DNA of 64,000 nt from Alphaproteobacteria bacterium (GCA_965227515.1 CBDDFZ010000002.1:32001-96000); one strand, 5' to 3'; counted from the stretch's first letter, positions 42,413 to 55,889 are shown. Numbers and translations: made by a program. Notes: a model not told the origin generated them from the letters alone.

Positions 42413-43552
42413 CTAGTGCGCGCCGGCGAACTCCAGATAGGTCACCAGCGCGACGAACACGTGGTACAGCGAGCTGGCCGGCGCGTTCGGCGCGATGTTG
42501 TTCTGGTCGGTGTCGAGCTGGTCGCGCCAGGTGCCGCGTTCCTCGTCCAGATAATGCTCGAACAGGTGCTCCACGAAGGCCTCGATCTGGTCGCGGGTCA
42601 CCGCCTGGCTACCGCGCCGGTAGAGCGTGACCATGGCCTTCAGCGCCTCGGTCTGCGGCCACAGCCGCTTGGTGGCGCGGCGCACGGTGCCGTCCGGCGC
42701 GATCTCGTCGAAGGCGAAGCCGGTGCCGGCCTCCAGGCCGTGGCTGGCGACGGCACGATAGATCGCCTCCAGGCTGATGCCGGAACGCCCGGCGCCGCGC
42801 TCGTACTGGTCGATCAGCCAGATCCACTCCAGGTGATGGCCCGGCTCCAGGATCTGTCCCGGGTCGCCCTTGGCCCGCTGCCAGTCGTCGGTGAAGTACT
42901 CGAACAACTGATGCCGCCTGCTGTCGAGGAAGTGCTCGGAGAACAGCTCCATGATGGCGGTCGCGCGGTCCAACGCCCGGCCGTCATGGGTCGCCCAATA
43001 GAGCGCGAGGAACGCCTCCAGCAGGTGCATATGCGGGTTCTGGCGCCGCGGCGTCTCGTCGGGCACGCCTTCGCGAAAGCCGCCATGGGCCGGGTCGGCC
43101 AATGTGTTGTCGAGGAAATCCAGCACCTGGTTGATGCACAGCAGCGCCTCGCGCGAGCGGGTCAGGCGGTAGTACCAGGCAAGCGCCAGGATCGAGAACG
43201 CCTGCTCGTACGTCGACCGCCGCTCGTCGGCGATCGTGCCATCGGGTCCGGCGGAGAACATGTAGCCGCCGTCCCGGTGCCAGTACGGCCCGTGGGCCAA
43301 GGTGGCGAAGCCGGCGTGCGCCGCCTCGATGAACACGTGGTGGTCGGTCAGCACCGCGGCGTGGGCGAAGGTGTAGAACTGGCGCGCCTGCACCCTGAAC
43401 CGGCGCGGCAGGTCCGGCAACGGATTGCCGGCCATGTCCATCGCTTCCACGAAGCACGCGTCGCGGCGGTCGCGGCCCTTGGCCGCCCACAGCGGCAGCG
43501 CCACTTCATAGAGCCAATGGCGCGCGCGTTGTGCGGTCTCGCTCGCTGCCAT
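42413..43552 (-). CDS. AGE-family epimerase/isomerase (probable mannose-6-phosphate isomerase)
   Basis: RVQARQ, RQNPHMHLLEA, EPGHHLEW, RLWPQTE, ASSLYH. Confidence 0.88.
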   Translation of the reverse strand: MAASETAQRARHWLYEVALPLWAAKGRDRRDACFVEAMDMAGNPLPDLPRRFRVQARQFYTFAHAAVLTDHHVFIEAAHAGFATLAHGPYWHRDGGYMFSAGPDGTIADERRSTYEQAFSILALAWYYRLTRSREALLCINQVLDFLDNTLADPAHGGFREGVPDETPRRQNPHMHLLEAFLALYWATHDGRALDRATAIMELFSEHFLDSRRHQLFEYFTDDWQRAKGDPGQILEPGHHLEWIWLIDQYERGAGRSGISLEAIYRAVASHGLEAGTGFAFDEIAPDGTVRRATKRLWPQTEALKAMVTLYRRGSQAVTRDQIEAFVEHLFEHYLDEERGTWRDQLDTDQNNIAPNAPASSLYHVFVALVTYLEFAGAH

Positions 43553-43574
43553 GAGTGGCCGGTCTCCCTGCTGT

Positions 43575-44660
43575 CTAATTGCCGCCGCGCCGTTCCAGCT
43601 CGGCAATCACTTCACGGACGTCCTGGCTGCGGTCGCGCCGGCAGACCAGGATCGCGTCCGGTGTCTCCACCACTACGATATCATCGACGCCGACCATCGC
43701 CACAGTTCTGTGTCCGCGCCCGCCGCCGGCCTCGCTGTGCACCAGGCAGTTTGCGGCATCGTGGAACACTGCGGCCGATCCGCCGACATTGCCCGCGCCG
43801 TCCTTGTCCGCGTACTCCCACAACGCCGCCCACGAGCCGACATCGGTCCAGGGGGCGTTGAGGTCGACGACGACGGCACGCGCGGTCTTCTCCATCACCG
43901 CCACGTCGATGGCGACCGACGGCGCGGCGGCGAAGGCGTCGGCATCGGGATGGATGGACCGGTCGACGTGCGCGCTGTCGATGGCGCGGACGGCGGCGGC
44001 ATGGATCTCCGGCGCCAGCACCGCCAGCTCGTCCAGGAACGTCGCGGCGCGGAACACGAACATGCCGCTGTTCCAGGCGTATTCGCCGCTGGCGACCCAG
44101 GCCTCGGCGGTCGCGCGGTCCGGCTTCTCGACGAACTGGGCGACCTGGCAAACGGCCGGGTCGTCGGCCAGGGCCGGGCCGCGGCGGATATAGCCATAGC
44201 CGGTGTGGGGCTCGCGCGGCACGATGCCGAAGGTGACCAGCCGGTCCGTGGCGGCAACGGGCGCGGCTCTTGCCACCGCGTCGGCCAGTGCGGCATCGTC
44301 GCCGATCAGGTGATCGGCCGGCATGATCCAGAGCGTGGCATCGGCATCGCGATTGGCGGCATGCCGGGCGGCCAATGCCACGGCCGCGGCTGTGTTGCGC
44401 GCGCACGGTTCCAGAATCACGGTCGCGTCGGCGATACCAAGGGCTGCCAGTTCGGCGGCCACGAGCTCGCCGTGCGCCGCGCCCGACACGACGATCGGCG
44501 GCGCGGATGCGATCTGCTGCGCGCGCTTGATAGTGGCGGTGAGCAGGCTGTCGTCGCCAACCAGCGCATGGAACTGCTTCGGCATGTCGGGGCGCGACAC
44601 CGGCCACAACCGGGTGCCTGCCCCGCCGCACAGGATGACAGGGGTGACGTCTAAGCTCAT
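43575..44660 (-). CDS. manC: mannose-1-phosphate guanylyltransferase (no cupin PMI domain)
   Basis: ILCGGAGTRLWPVSR..PKQF, EPCARNTA, FVEKP, WNSGMF, WTDVGSW. Confidence 0.9.
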   Translation of the reverse strand: MSLDVTPVILCGGAGTRLWPVSRPDMPKQFHALVGDDSLLTATIKRAQQIASAPPIVVSGAAHGELVAAELAALGIADATVILEPCARNTAAAVALAARHAANRDADATLWIMPADHLIGDDAALADAVARAAPVAATDRLVTFGIVPREPHTGYGYIRRGPALADDPAVCQVAQFVEKPDRATAEAWVASGEYAWNSGMFVFRAATFLDELAVLAPEIHAAAVRAIDSAHVDRSIHPDADAFAAAPSVAIDVAVMEKTARAVVVDLNAPWTDVGSWAALWEYADKDGAGNVGGSAAVFHDAANCLVHSEAGGGRGHRTVAMVGVDDIVVVETPDAILVCRRDRSQDVREVIAELERRGGN

Positions 44661-44743
44661 GCCGATGATCGCCGCGCCGTTTTGCCCGGCGCGACTATAT
44701 CAGACGGCGGTGCGCCCGCGATCCGCGATCGCACACTGGCGTC

Positions 44744-44947
44744 CTACATACCAAACAGGTCGGCGACATTGATTTCCGCGACGTCGGGCTCGTCAACGAT
44801 GATCGGCCGTGGCTTGGCGTAGAGGTGAACCTCCGTCTCGGCCGAGGCGCCGTCATCGGCGAGCCGTGCATCCGCCTGCGACTGGGTCAGGGGCTCGCCA
44901 TGGTTCATGGTGTAGGCGTGGCTGTAGAAGAAGTTGTCCTTGGCCAT
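44744..44947 (-). CDS. small acidic hypothetical protein (67 aa)
   Basis: GGAGG RBS 8 nt before ATG; host-like codons; fills the intergenic gap. Confidence 0.6.
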   Translation of the reverse strand: MAKDNFFYSHAYTMNHGEPLTQSQADARLADDGASAETEVHLYAKPRPIIVDEPDVAEINVADLFGM

Positions 44948-45033
44948 GTCGAGGACCTCCGTGGTTCGGCTTGGCGCAACCGTCTATCCATGGGTCGCGC
45001 GTGCCGGCCGACGGGTTCAATTGGCCCAACAAG

Positions 45034-46374
45034 CTAAACGTTCAGCAGCAGGTGCTCGCGCTCCCACGGGCTGACCACGCTCTGATAGGCCTCCCACTCG
45101 TGGGCCTTCACCTCCAGCAGCGCATCGACGAACCGGCTGCCCAGCACCTCGCGTATCTGCTTCGACGCCGACAACCGGGCCAGCGCATCGGGCAGGTGGC
45201 GCGACAGCGAATGCGCCAGGCGGTAGGCGCTGCCCTCCACAGCCGGTTTCGGCTTCATCCGTCCGGCCATGCCCAGATAGCCGCAGGCGAGCGACGCCGC
45301 GATCGCCAGATAGGGGTTGACGTCGGCGCCGGCGACCCGGTTTTCCACCCGCCGGCCCTCGGGCCCCGACAGCGGCACCCTCAGCCCGACCGTGCGGTTG
45401 TCGCGCCCCCAGTGGGTATTGATCGGCGCGTCGGAGTTCTTCACCAGCCGCCGGTACGAGTTCGGGTTGGGGGCGAAGATCGGCATCACCGCGGGAATGA
45501 ACTTCTGCAGGCCGGCGATATGGGCCCGGAACAGGGCGGAGTCGGTGCCGGCCTTGGTGGCGAACAGGTTGACGCCGTCGTCGTCGACCACCGACTGGTG
45601 CACGTGCATGGCGCTGCCGGGCTGGTTCTGCATCGGCTTGGCCATGAAGGTGGCATAGACGCCGTGCTTCACCGCGGCATGGCGCAGGGTGCGCTTGAAC
45701 AGGAACACCTGGTCGGCCAGTGCCATCGGCTCGCCATGCTCGAAGTTGATCTCCAGCTGCGCGGCGCCGGACTCGTGGTTCATGGTGTCGACGTCGATCT
45801 CCTGCGCCTCGCAGAAGGCGTAGACGTCCTCCATGAACGGGTCGAACTCGTTGGCCGCCTCGATGCCGAAGGCCTGGCGGCCGGTTTCCTGCCGGCCGGA
45901 TTTGCCGATAGGGGGCTCCAGCGGGTAGTCCGCGTCGTCGTTCACCTTGACCAGGAAGAACTCCAGCTCGGGTGCGACGACCGGGTGCCAGCCGCGCTCG
46001 CGGTAGAGGTCCAGCACGCCGCGCAGAACCTGCCGGGGCGCGATATCGACGGTGGTGCCATCGCGGTAGAAGGCGTCGCAGATCACCTGGCCGGTCACTT
46101 CCTCGTACCACGGCACGAACCGTTTGGTGGCCGGGTCGGGGTGCAGGTAGATGTCGATGGCGACGGGATCGACGACGGTGCTGTTGGCGAAGTCCCCGGT
46201 CACCGTCTGGGCGAACACATACTCCGGCAGCCTGAGGCCGCGCTCGGCCAGGCTGGCGTGGAACTTGTCCGCCGGCAGGATCTTGCCGCGCGCGATGCCC
46301 GACATGTCGGGCACCAGGCATTCGACCTCGGTGATGACGTTCTGCTGCAGCCAGTCGGTGAAGGCGCTGGTCAT
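45034..46374 (-). CDS. glutamine synthetase-family gamma-glutamyl-amine ligase (PuuA-like)
   Basis: PDMSGIARGK, APELEFFL, HESGAAQLEIN, FMAKP..PGSAMHVHQS, ENRVAGADVNPYL. Confidence 0.9.
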   Translation of the reverse strand: MTSAFTDWLQQNVITEVECLVPDMSGIARGKILPADKFHASLAERGLRLPEYVFAQTVTGDFANSTVVDPVAIDIYLHPDPATKRFVPWYEEVTGQVICDAFYRDGTTVDIAPRQVLRGVLDLYRERGWHPVVAPELEFFLVKVNDDADYPLEPPIGKSGRQETGRQAFGIEAANEFDPFMEDVYAFCEAQEIDVDTMNHESGAAQLEINFEHGEPMALADQVFLFKRTLRHAAVKHGVYATFMAKPMQNQPGSAMHVHQSVVDDDGVNLFATKAGTDSALFRAHIAGLQKFIPAVMPIFAPNPNSYRRLVKNSDAPINTHWGRDNRTVGLRVPLSGPEGRRVENRVAGADVNPYLAIAASLACGYLGMAGRMKPKPAVEGSAYRLAHSLSRHLPDALARLSASKQIREVLGSRFVDALLEVKAHEWEAYQSVVSPWEREHLLLNV

Positions 46375-46432
46375 GGCGCGCTAGGATGCGGGGCGCGCCG
46401 GACGAACCGGCCGCACGCCCCGCAAGCCAGGC

Positions 46433-47779
<1,347 letters not shown>

Positions 47780-48033
47780 GCACTGATCCTCGCGAGTTTT
47801 CGGGCCCTGCCGGCACGGTGCCGGCGCGGGGCGACGTCGAATGTGGGCTTGGGCGACCTTGGCGCCGTATCAAACAGCCATACAATCACGGCCCCGGCAC
47901 GATGGAAAGCGCCGAATCCGCGCGCCCCGCCGTCCGCCGCTTTTTGCAGGTCATTACAACCAATTCAGGATACAATGGCGCATCCCCTGGGCTGGCAGCC
48001 AAAGCCGGCCCGCCGTACGTCGTGTGGATCGCC

Positions 48034-49173
48034 ATGGCGTTGACGCCGGAAGAACAACGGGTGCTGGCCGAGGTCCGCGCCAACCCGTTCCTTGCTCAGT
48101 CCGAGCTGGCCGAGCGGTTGGGCCTGCCGGAGGAACACGTCCGCGCCCTGGTCCGCCGCCTGCAAGAGGCCGGTGAGATCCTGGGCCGCGCCTATGTGCT
48201 GCCGCAGTCCGACGCGGTGTGCTGCATGGGCGGCATGAACCTGGACCGGGTGGTGCGGCTGGCCGCACCCGGGCAGCTCGCCACCTCCAACCCCGCGCGA
48301 TCGACCACCGCGCGCGGCGGCGTGGCGCGCAACGTGGCCGAGAATCTGGTCCGTCTGCGGGTGCCGGCCCGCATAATCTCCATCGTTGGCGACGATCCGG
48401 CGGGCCACACGCTGATCGAGGAGACACAGGCGGTCGGCGTCGATGCTAGCCAGGTTTCGGTCATCTCCGGCGCCACCACCGGCTCCTACACCGCCATCAT
48501 GCAGCCGAACGGCGAGCTGTGGGCCGGCATTGCCGAAACCGAGATTTGCGATGCGCTGATCCCGTTCATGCTGGCCGGCCGCTGGAGCCACATCGCCTCG
48601 GCCAGCATGGTGTTCGCCGAGGCCAATCTGCCCGCCGAGACACTGGCCCGGCTGGTGGAAAAGAGCCGCGACTATGGCTTGCGGCTGGCCCTCGACACGG
48701 TGTCGGTTGCCAAGGCCAAGCGGCTGCCGCGCGACCTTTCGGGCTGCGAGGTGGTGTTCTGCAACCGCGACGAGGCGGCGGCCCTGGTCGACGGCGATCC
48801 CGACACCCGGTGCGCCGTGCTGGCTGGTGCTGTAAAGGCGCTTGGCCCGCGCATCGTCGTGCTGTCGCACGGTGCGGAGGGCGTCTGGTGCGCGCGCTCC
48901 GGCGGCGTCACCCATTTGCCGGTCCCTGCCACTGGCATCGTCGACGTGTCCGGCGCCGGCGACGCGATGATCGCCGGCACGCTCTATGGGTTGATCAAGG
49001 GGGCCGCGCCGGAATATGCCTGCCAGCTGGGAATCAACACGGCACGGCTGGCGCTGCAATCGGTCGACCGCTGCCCGCCGGAACTGGCGCCGGAGCGGAT
49101 CGGCGCCGCGCCGCAGAACGCGGACAAGACGGGCATCTACTCCATGGAGAGCCTGGCCGAGGACGACGCGTAG
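48034..49173 (+). CDS. psuK: wHTH-PfkB kinase, probable pseudouridine kinase
   Basis: N-terminal HTH (NPFLAQSELAERLG..GRAYVL), GGVARNVAENL, DVSGAGD; in an operon with psuG. Confidence 0.8.
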   Translation: MALTPEEQRVLAEVRANPFLAQSELAERLGLPEEHVRALVRRLQEAGEILGRAYVLPQSDAVCCMGGMNLDRVVRLAAPGQLATSNPARSTTARGGVARNVAENLVRLRVPARIISIVGDDPAGHTLIEETQAVGVDASQVSVISGATTGSYTAIMQPNGELWAGIAETEICDALIPFMLAGRWSHIASASMVFAEANLPAETLARLVEKSRDYGLRLALDTVSVAKAKRLPRDLSGCEVVFCNRDEAAALVDGDPDTRCAVLAGAVKALGPRIVVLSHGAEGVWCARSGGVTHLPVPATGIVDVSGAGDAMIAGTLYGLIKGAAPEYACQLGINTARLALQSVDRCPPELAPERIGAAPQNADKTGIYSMESLAEDDA

Positions 49174-49200
49174 CAGCCTCACAAGAATTAGCGAGGGGAC

Positions 49201-49664
49201 ATGAAAATCGCCATCGCGGCGGATCATCTGGGCGTTGCCCTGAAGCGCGATCTGGTGCCGCATCTGGAGGGGAAGGGCCACGAGGTCATCGACCTCGGCG
49301 TCGACAGCGACGCCACCCGCGCCGACTATCCCGATATCGCCCAGCGCATCGGGGCGGCCATCCACGGCAGCGATGCCGAGCGCGGCATCGCCATCTGCGG
49401 CAGCGGCGTCGGCGTGGTGATCGCCGCCAACAAGATCCACGGCGTCTATGCCTCGGTCTGCCATGACACCTATTCCGCCGCCCAGGGCGTGCGCCACGAC
49501 AACATGAACGTGCTCTGCCTCGGTGGCATGATCATCGGCCGCAATTTGGCGCTCGAAATCGTCGATGCGTTCCTGGGTGCCTCCTTCGACACCGAGACCC
49601 CGCGCTATGCGGCGCGCTTCGACAAGGTGCTGGAGATGGAGCGGTCGCTGAGGAAGAACCCGGT

Positions 49665-49668
<4 letters not shown>
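49201..49668 (+). CDS. rpiB: ribose-5-phosphate isomerase B
   Basis: IAIAADH.G, DYPD, ICGSGVG..IAANK, HDNMNVLCLG. Confidence 0.92.
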
Positions 49669-50576
<908 letters not shown>

Positions 50577-50590
50577 TCGTTCCAAGAAAC

Positions 50591-50703
50591 TTGTCACCCT
50601 CGGCCGAAGCGCCGAGGGTCCATTCCGGCCATTGCGCGAACGGCGCCATGGATCCCCGGCGCTTCGCCCCAGGCACGCCTGGAGCTTCGGCCGAGGATGA
50701 CAA
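50591..50703. repeat. second inverted TGTC-type REP-like dimer
   Basis: Ends TTGTCACCCTCGGCCGAAGC / GCTTCGGCCGAGGATGACAA (19/20 inverted match). Confidence 0.8.
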
Positions 50704-50739
50704 CTCAGGAAAGGGGCATTCCTCGCGAGGACGGTCGGT

Positions 50740-51405
50740 TCAATCCCGCGGGAACACGATGATCGACAGGAAGCGTGCCGGCAGCTTGATCAGCGCCTCC
50801 GGCCCGTGCGCGACGTCGGCGTCGAACAGCAGGCTGTCGCCCGGTTTCAGCACGAACTGCCGGTCGCCGTGGCGGTAGCCGACCTCGCCTTCCAGCATGT
50901 AGAGGAATTCCAGCCCCTCGTGGCGGAACTCGGTATAGGGCACCGCGTCGTGGGCCAGCGTGATCAGGTAGGGCTCCAGCGCGGTGTCGCTGCCGACCGA
51001 ATGGCCCAGCAACTCATAGCGGTGGCCCGACTTGGTGCCACGCCGCTCGATGGTCAGCCCGTGGCCGGCGGCGACGTGGGAGGCATCGCGGCTGTCGTCG
51101 ACCTCGGCGAACAGGCTGCCGATGGGCACGCTCAGCGCCTCGGCGAGCGCCTGCAGGCTGGCGAGCGAGGGCGAGATGGCGCCGTTCTCGATCTTTGACG
51201 CCATGCCGACCGAGATGCCGGCACGGGTCGCCATCTCGGTGACCGTCAGGTCGCGGCGCTTGCGCAGGGCGCGCACCTTGGCGCCGAGCATGGCCTCGAT
51301 CCGACGCGGGGCATCGCGCTTCGGCGCGCTGGAGCCGGTGGCGTACACGGTTTCGTCGCCGTTGGCGGTCGCCGGTTTCTTGTCGTCGTCGTTTGCGGGT
51401 GCCAT
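50740..51405 (-). CDS. XRE-HTH plus cupin transcriptional regulator (PuuR-like)
   Basis: SKIENGAISPSL, FRHEGLEFLYMLEG, GDSLLFDADVAHGP. Confidence 0.9.
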   Translation of the reverse strand: MAPANDDDKKPATANGDETVYATGSSAPKRDAPRRIEAMLGAKVRALRKRRDLTVTEMATRAGISVGMASKIENGAISPSLASLQALAEALSVPIGSLFAEVDDSRDASHVAAGHGLTIERRGTKSGHRYELLGHSVGSDTALEPYLITLAHDAVPYTEFRHEGLEFLYMLEGEVGYRHGDRQFVLKPGDSLLFDADVAHGPEALIKLPARFLSIIVFPRD

Positions 51406-51413
51406 GGCCGGCC

Positions 51414-53642
51414 TCAGTCGCCGAAGCGGTTATTGCGCGGGAATCCGGTGGGCAGCATGCGCCCGGCCTGGGCGCGCTTGCCGAGCCACGGGGTCAGGTC
51501 CATCTCGCGCCGCTCCCTTTCGCCGAGCTTCCAGGCCAGGCCCTCTTCCAGGGCGAAGACCTTGGCGTCGGCAAGCCCGCCGTCTCGGAAACGCTGCAGC
51601 ATCACGCCGCGCCCGCGGGTCATCTCAGGCACCTCGGCCAGCGGGAACACCAGGAGCTTGCGGTTCTCGCCGACCACCGCCAGGTGATCGCCCTCCGCGG
51701 GCCGGCAGATCGCCGCCTCCACGTCGCCGGAGACGTTCAGCACCTGCTTGCCGGCGCGGGTCTGGGCGACGATATCGTTCTCGTTGACGACGAAACCGCG
51801 CCCGTCGCTGGCGGCGACCAGCAGCCGCCCGCCGGGCCGGTGTACCCGGATCGCGGTCACGTCGTGGTCGTTGCCCAGGTCGATGGTCAGCCGGATCGGC
51901 TCGCCGAAGCCGCGCGCGCCGGGCAGCTTGTCGATGCCGATGGTGTAGAAGCGCCCGTTGGTGGCGAAGACCAGAAGCTTGTCGGTGGTCTGGGCGTGCA
52001 GCCGGAAGAGCTCGCCGTCGCCGTCCTTGTAGCGCTGCTCGGCATCGTCGGCCAGGTGGCCGCGCGCCGCCCGCACCCAGCCCTTGCGCGACAGCAGCAC
52101 CGTCACCGGCTCGCGCTCGACCATGGCGTCCAGCGGCACCTCGGTCATGACCGGGGCGGTGGCGATCTCGGTGCGGCGGGCGCCCAGTTCTGTCCCGGTG
52201 CCGAAGTCGGCGCGGATCTTCTCCAGCTCCTCCACGATGCGCGCGGCGCGTTTCGCCGGGTCGCCGACCAGCGCCTTCAGTTCCTTCTGCTCGCGTTTGA
52301 GCGCCTTTTCTTCCTTGACGATGGCGATCTCGTCGACGCGGCGCAGTGCGCGCAGGCGCATGTTCAGGATCGATTCCGCCTGCATGTCGGTCAGCTCGAA
52401 CCGGGCGATCATCGTCGCCTTCGGGTCGTCGTCCTCGCGGATGATGCGGATCACCTCATCCAGATTGAGGTAAACCACCATCATGCCGGCCAGCACCTCC
52501 AGCCGGTTGGCGATCTTGCCGAGGCGGAAGTCGGTGCGGCGCACCAGCACTTCGTCGCGGTGGGCCAGGAAGGCGGCGAGCACCTGCTTCAGGTCCATCA
52601 CCTGCGGCGTGCGCGTGCGGTCGAGCACGTTCATGTTGAGCCCGATGCGCGATTCCAGGTCGGTGGACCGGAACATCTGCTCCATCAGCACGGCGGGGTC
52701 GACGTTGCGGCTCTTCGGCTCCAGCACCAGCCGCACGTCCTCCGCCGACTCGTCGCGCACGTCGGCCAGCAGCGGCAGCTTGCGGTTGTTCAGCAGTTCC
52801 GCGATCCGCTCCACCAGCCGCGACTTCTGCACCTGGTACGGTATCTCGGTGATCACGATGACGTAGGTGCCGCCCTTCTGCTTCTCCTCCTGCCAGCGCG
52901 CGCGCACCCGGAACCCGCCGCGCCCGGTGCGATAGGCCTCCAGGATCGCCTCGCTGTCCTCGCAGATCACGCCGCCGGTGGGCAGGTCCGGCCCCGGCAT
53001 GCGCGCGACCAGATCCTCGATCGAGGCGTCGGGATTGCCGATCAGGTGGATCAGCGCGTCGCAGATCTCGCCGGCATTGTGCGGCGGGATCGAGGTCGCC
53101 ATGCCGACGGCGATGCCGGACGCGCCGTTGGCCAGCAGATTGGGGAAGGCGCCGGGCAGCACCTCCGGCTCCATGCCCTCGCTGTCGTAGGTGTCGCGGA
53201 AGTCGACCGCATCCTCGTCGATGCCTTCCAGCATCGCCTCGGCAATCGCGGTCAGCCGCGCCTCGGTGTAGCGCATGGCCGCCGGGTTATCGCCGTCGAC
53301 ATTGCCGAAATTGCCCTGGCCGTCGACCAGCGGATAGCGCTGGGCGAAGTCCTGCGCCAGCCGGACCATGGCGTCGTAGATGGCGGTGTCGCCGTGCGGG
53401 TGGTACTTGCCCATCACGTCGCCGACGATGCGGGCGCACTTCTTGAAGCCGGAACGCGGGTCGAGCTTGAGCTCGCGCATGGCAAAGAGGAGGCGGCGGT
53501 GGACGGGTTTCAGCCCGTCGCGCACATCCGGCAGCGAGCGCGCGGTGATGGTGCTGAGCGCATAGGCGAGGTAACGCTCGCCGAGCGCGTCGGCCAACGG
53601 CACGTCGCGCACGTCGCGGGCGATCAGATCGTCTGGGGCCAT
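51414..53642 (-). CDS. parC: DNA topoisomerase IV subunit A
   Basis: [40 protein letters not shown]. Confidence 0.96.
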   Translation of the reverse strand: MAPDDLIARDVRDVPLADALGERYLAYALSTITARSLPDVRDGLKPVHRRLLFAMRELKLDPRSGFKKCARIVGDVMGKYHPHGDTAIYDAMVRLAQDFAQRYPLVDGQGNFGNVDGDNPAAMRYTEARLTAIAEAMLEGIDEDAVDFRDTYDSEGMEPEVLPGAFPNLLANGASGIAVGMATSIPPHNAGEICDALIHLIGNPDASIEDLVARMPGPDLPTGGVICEDSEAILEAYRTGRGGFRVRARWQEEKQKGGTYVIVITEIPYQVQKSRLVERIAELLNNRKLPLLADVRDESAEDVRLVLEPKSRNVDPAVLMEQMFRSTDLESRIGLNMNVLDRTRTPQVMDLKQVLAAFLAHRDEVLVRRTDFRLGKIANRLEVLAGMMVVYLNLDEVIRIIREDDDPKATMIARFELTDMQAESILNMRLRALRRVDEIAIVKEEKALKREQKELKALVGDPAKRAARIVEELEKIRADFGTGTELGARRTEIATAPVMTEVPLDAMVEREPVTVLLSRKGWVRAARGHLADDAEQRYKDGDGELFRLHAQTTDKLLVFATNGRFYTIGIDKLPGARGFGEPIRLTIDLGNDHDVTAIRVHRPGGRLLVAASDGRGFVVNENDIVAQTRAGKQVLNVSGDVEAAICRPAEGDHLAVVGENRKLLVFPLAEVPEMTRGRGVMLQRFRDGGLADAKVFALEEGLAWKLGERERREMDLTPWLGKRAQAGRMLPTGFPRNNRFGD

Positions 53643-53762
53643 ATCAGGACTTTCGATTGCGCGTGCACGCTGAATGAGTGCGACGCACGCTTATCGACGA
53701 ATTTACTGGCGATTCGGCCCAACAATACCTGTTTTTTGACCGCCGAGCCTAAGCGCGATCGC

Positions 53763-54695
53763 TCAGGTTAGCGCCATGTCCATGCACCAGGCCAGGATCG
53801 CCTTTTGTGCGTGCAGGCGGTTTTCGGCCTCGTCCCACACCACCGATTGCGGGCCGTCGATGACCTCGGCCGTCACTTCCTCGCCGCGATGGGCGGGCAG
53901 GCAGTGCATGAACAGGGCATCCGGCTTGGCCCGCGCCATGGCGGTCGCGTCGACCTGATACGGCGCCAGCAAGTTGTGGCGCGAGCCGGCGTCGGCATCG
54001 CCCATCGAGACCCAGGTGTCGGCAACCACGCAATCGGCGCCGGCCAGCGCCTCGTCAGGATCGTCGACAATTCGTACCGCACCGTCGCTACCGGTTTGGC
54101 CGTTCGCTTTTTCGCCCTGGGCCCAGTCCAGCACCTCCTGGCGCAAGCGAAGCTGTTCGGGGCACGCCACGTCGAGCGTGAAACCGAATCGCATGGCGGC
54201 GTGCGCCCACGATGCGGCGACATTGTTGCCGTCGCCCATCCAGGCCACCTTGGCGCCGGCGATGGCGCCGCGATGCTCCTCGAACGTCATCACGTCGGCC
54301 ATGATCTGACACGGATGGCTGTCGTCGGTCAGCCCGTTGATCACCGGCACGGTCGCGTTGTCGGCCAGCTCCAACAGCTTGGAATGCGCGTCGGTGCGGA
54401 TCATGATCGCGTCGACATAGCGCGACAGCACGCGCGCGGTGTCGGCGATGGTCTCGCCACGGCCGAGCTGGCTGGTCGTGTTGTCGAGCAGCAGCACTTG
54501 GCCCCCCAGGTGCTGCATGGCGACGGTGAATGACGTGCGCGTACGGGTCGACGGCTTTTCGAAGATCATCGCCAGCGTGCGCCCTTCCATCGGGCGGCCG
54601 GCGGTGCGGTCGCCGTCCTTGCAGGCGCGCGCGTCGTCGATCAGCCCGCGCAGGGTGCCCGCGTCGAGCTGATCCAGGTCCAGGAAATGGTGCAT
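53763..54695 (-). CDS. argF: ornithine carbamoyltransferase
   Basis: [29 protein letters not shown]. Confidence 0.97.
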   Translation of the reverse strand: MHHFLDLDQLDAGTLRGLIDDARACKDGDRTAGRPMEGRTLAMIFEKPSTRTRTSFTVAMQHLGGQVLLLDNTTSQLGRGETIADTARVLSRYVDAIMIRTDAHSKLLELADNATVPVINGLTDDSHPCQIMADVMTFEEHRGAIAGAKVAWMGDGNNVAASWAHAAMRFGFTLDVACPEQLRLRQEVLDWAQGEKANGQTGSDGAVRIVDDPDEALAGADCVVADTWVSMGDADAGSRHNLLAPYQVDATAMARAKPDALFMHCLPAHRGEEVTAEVIDGPQSVVWDEAENRLHAQKAILAWCMDMALT

Positions 54696-54698
54696 GGG

Positions 54699-55889
54699 CT
54701 ATTCAGCCGCCGAGGAGGCGGCGTTCCAACCCTCGGCCACCGCGTTCAGGTGGCGCATGGCGTCTTCCACTTCCGCGTCCCCGATGGTCAGCGGCGGCAG
54801 CAGGCGCAGCACATTCTCCGCCGCGCCGACCACCAGCATGCCGTGGTCCATCAACGCCGCGCCGACATCGGCTGCCGGCGGTACGCAGTGCAGGCCCAGC
54901 ATCAGGCCGTAGCCGCGCACCTCGTCGAAGACGTTGCGGTGGCGGCTGACCAGCCCTTCCAGTTCCTTGCGCAGCCGCTCGCCGGTCTGGGCCACGTGCC
55001 CCAGGAATCCGGGCTCAAGCACCACGTCAAGCACCGCATTGGCGACTGCGGTGGCGAGCGGGTTGCCGCCGAAGGTGGAGCCGTGGGTGCCGGCGACCAT
55101 GCCGGAAGCGGCGTCCTCGGTTGCCAGGCAGGCGCCCATCGGGAAGCCGCCGGCGATGCCCTTGGCGATCGCCATCACGTCCGGTGTCACGCCGGCCCAT
55201 TCGTGGGCGAACAGCTTGCCGGTGCGGCCCATGCCGGTCTGCACCTCGTCGAACATCAACAGCAGGCCGAACTCGTCGGCGACCTTGCGCAGCCCCTTCA
55301 GGTAGTCCATCGAGGCGGCACGGATGCCGCCCTCGCCCTGGATCGGCTCGACCAGCAGGCCCGCCGTCTCGGGCGTGATCGCCGCGCGCAGCTCGTTCAG
55401 ATTGTTGAAGCCGACATGGTCGAAGCCGTCCACCGGCGGGCCGAAGCCGGCCAGCATCTTCTCCGACCCGGCGGCCGAGATGGTCGCCAGCGTGCGGCCG
55501 TGGAACGCGCCATCGGTGCAAATGATGCGGTATTTCTCCGGCGCGCCCTTGGCGGCGTGGTACTTGCGCACGACCTTGATGCCGCATTCCACCGCCTCGG
55601 CGCCGGAATTGCAGGTGAACACCGTGTCGGCGAACGAGGCCGCCGCGATGCGCTCGGCGAACCGGCGCTGGTTCGGCACGTGGTACAGGTTCGACGTGTG
55701 CCACAGCTTGCCGGCCTGCTCCTGCAGCGTCTTCACCAGGTGCGGGTGGCAGTGGCCCAGCGCGGTGACGGCGATGCCGCCGCCGAAATCGAGGAATCGT
55801 CGCCCGTCGTCCGCATACACATAAGCGCCTTCGCCGCGCTCGAAAGCGACAGCGGCCCTGTTGTATGTCGGCATGACTGCGGGAATCAC
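54699..55889 (-). CDS. argD: acetylornithine aminotransferase
   Basis: GTG start; FHGRTLA, EPIQGEGG, DEVQTGMGRTG, HGSTFGGNP; directly upstream of argF. Confidence 0.94.
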   Translation of the reverse strand: MIPAVMPTYNRAAVAFERGEGAYVYADDGRRFLDFGGGIAVTALGHCHPHLVKTLQEQAGKLWHTSNLYHVPNQRRFAERIAAASFADTVFTCNSGAEAVECGIKVVRKYHAAKGAPEKYRIICTDGAFHGRTLATISAAGSEKMLAGFGPPVDGFDHVGFNNLNELRAAITPETAGLLVEPIQGEGGIRAASMDYLKGLRKVADEFGLLLMFDEVQTGMGRTGKLFAHEWAGVTPDVMAIAKGIAGGFPMGACLATEDAASGMVAGTHGSTFGGNPLATAVANAVLDVVLEPGFLGHVAQTGERLRKELEGLVSRHRNVFDEVRGYGLMLGLHCVPPAADVGAALMDHGMLVVGAAENVLRLLPPLTIGDAEVEDAMRHLNAVAEGWNAASSAAE

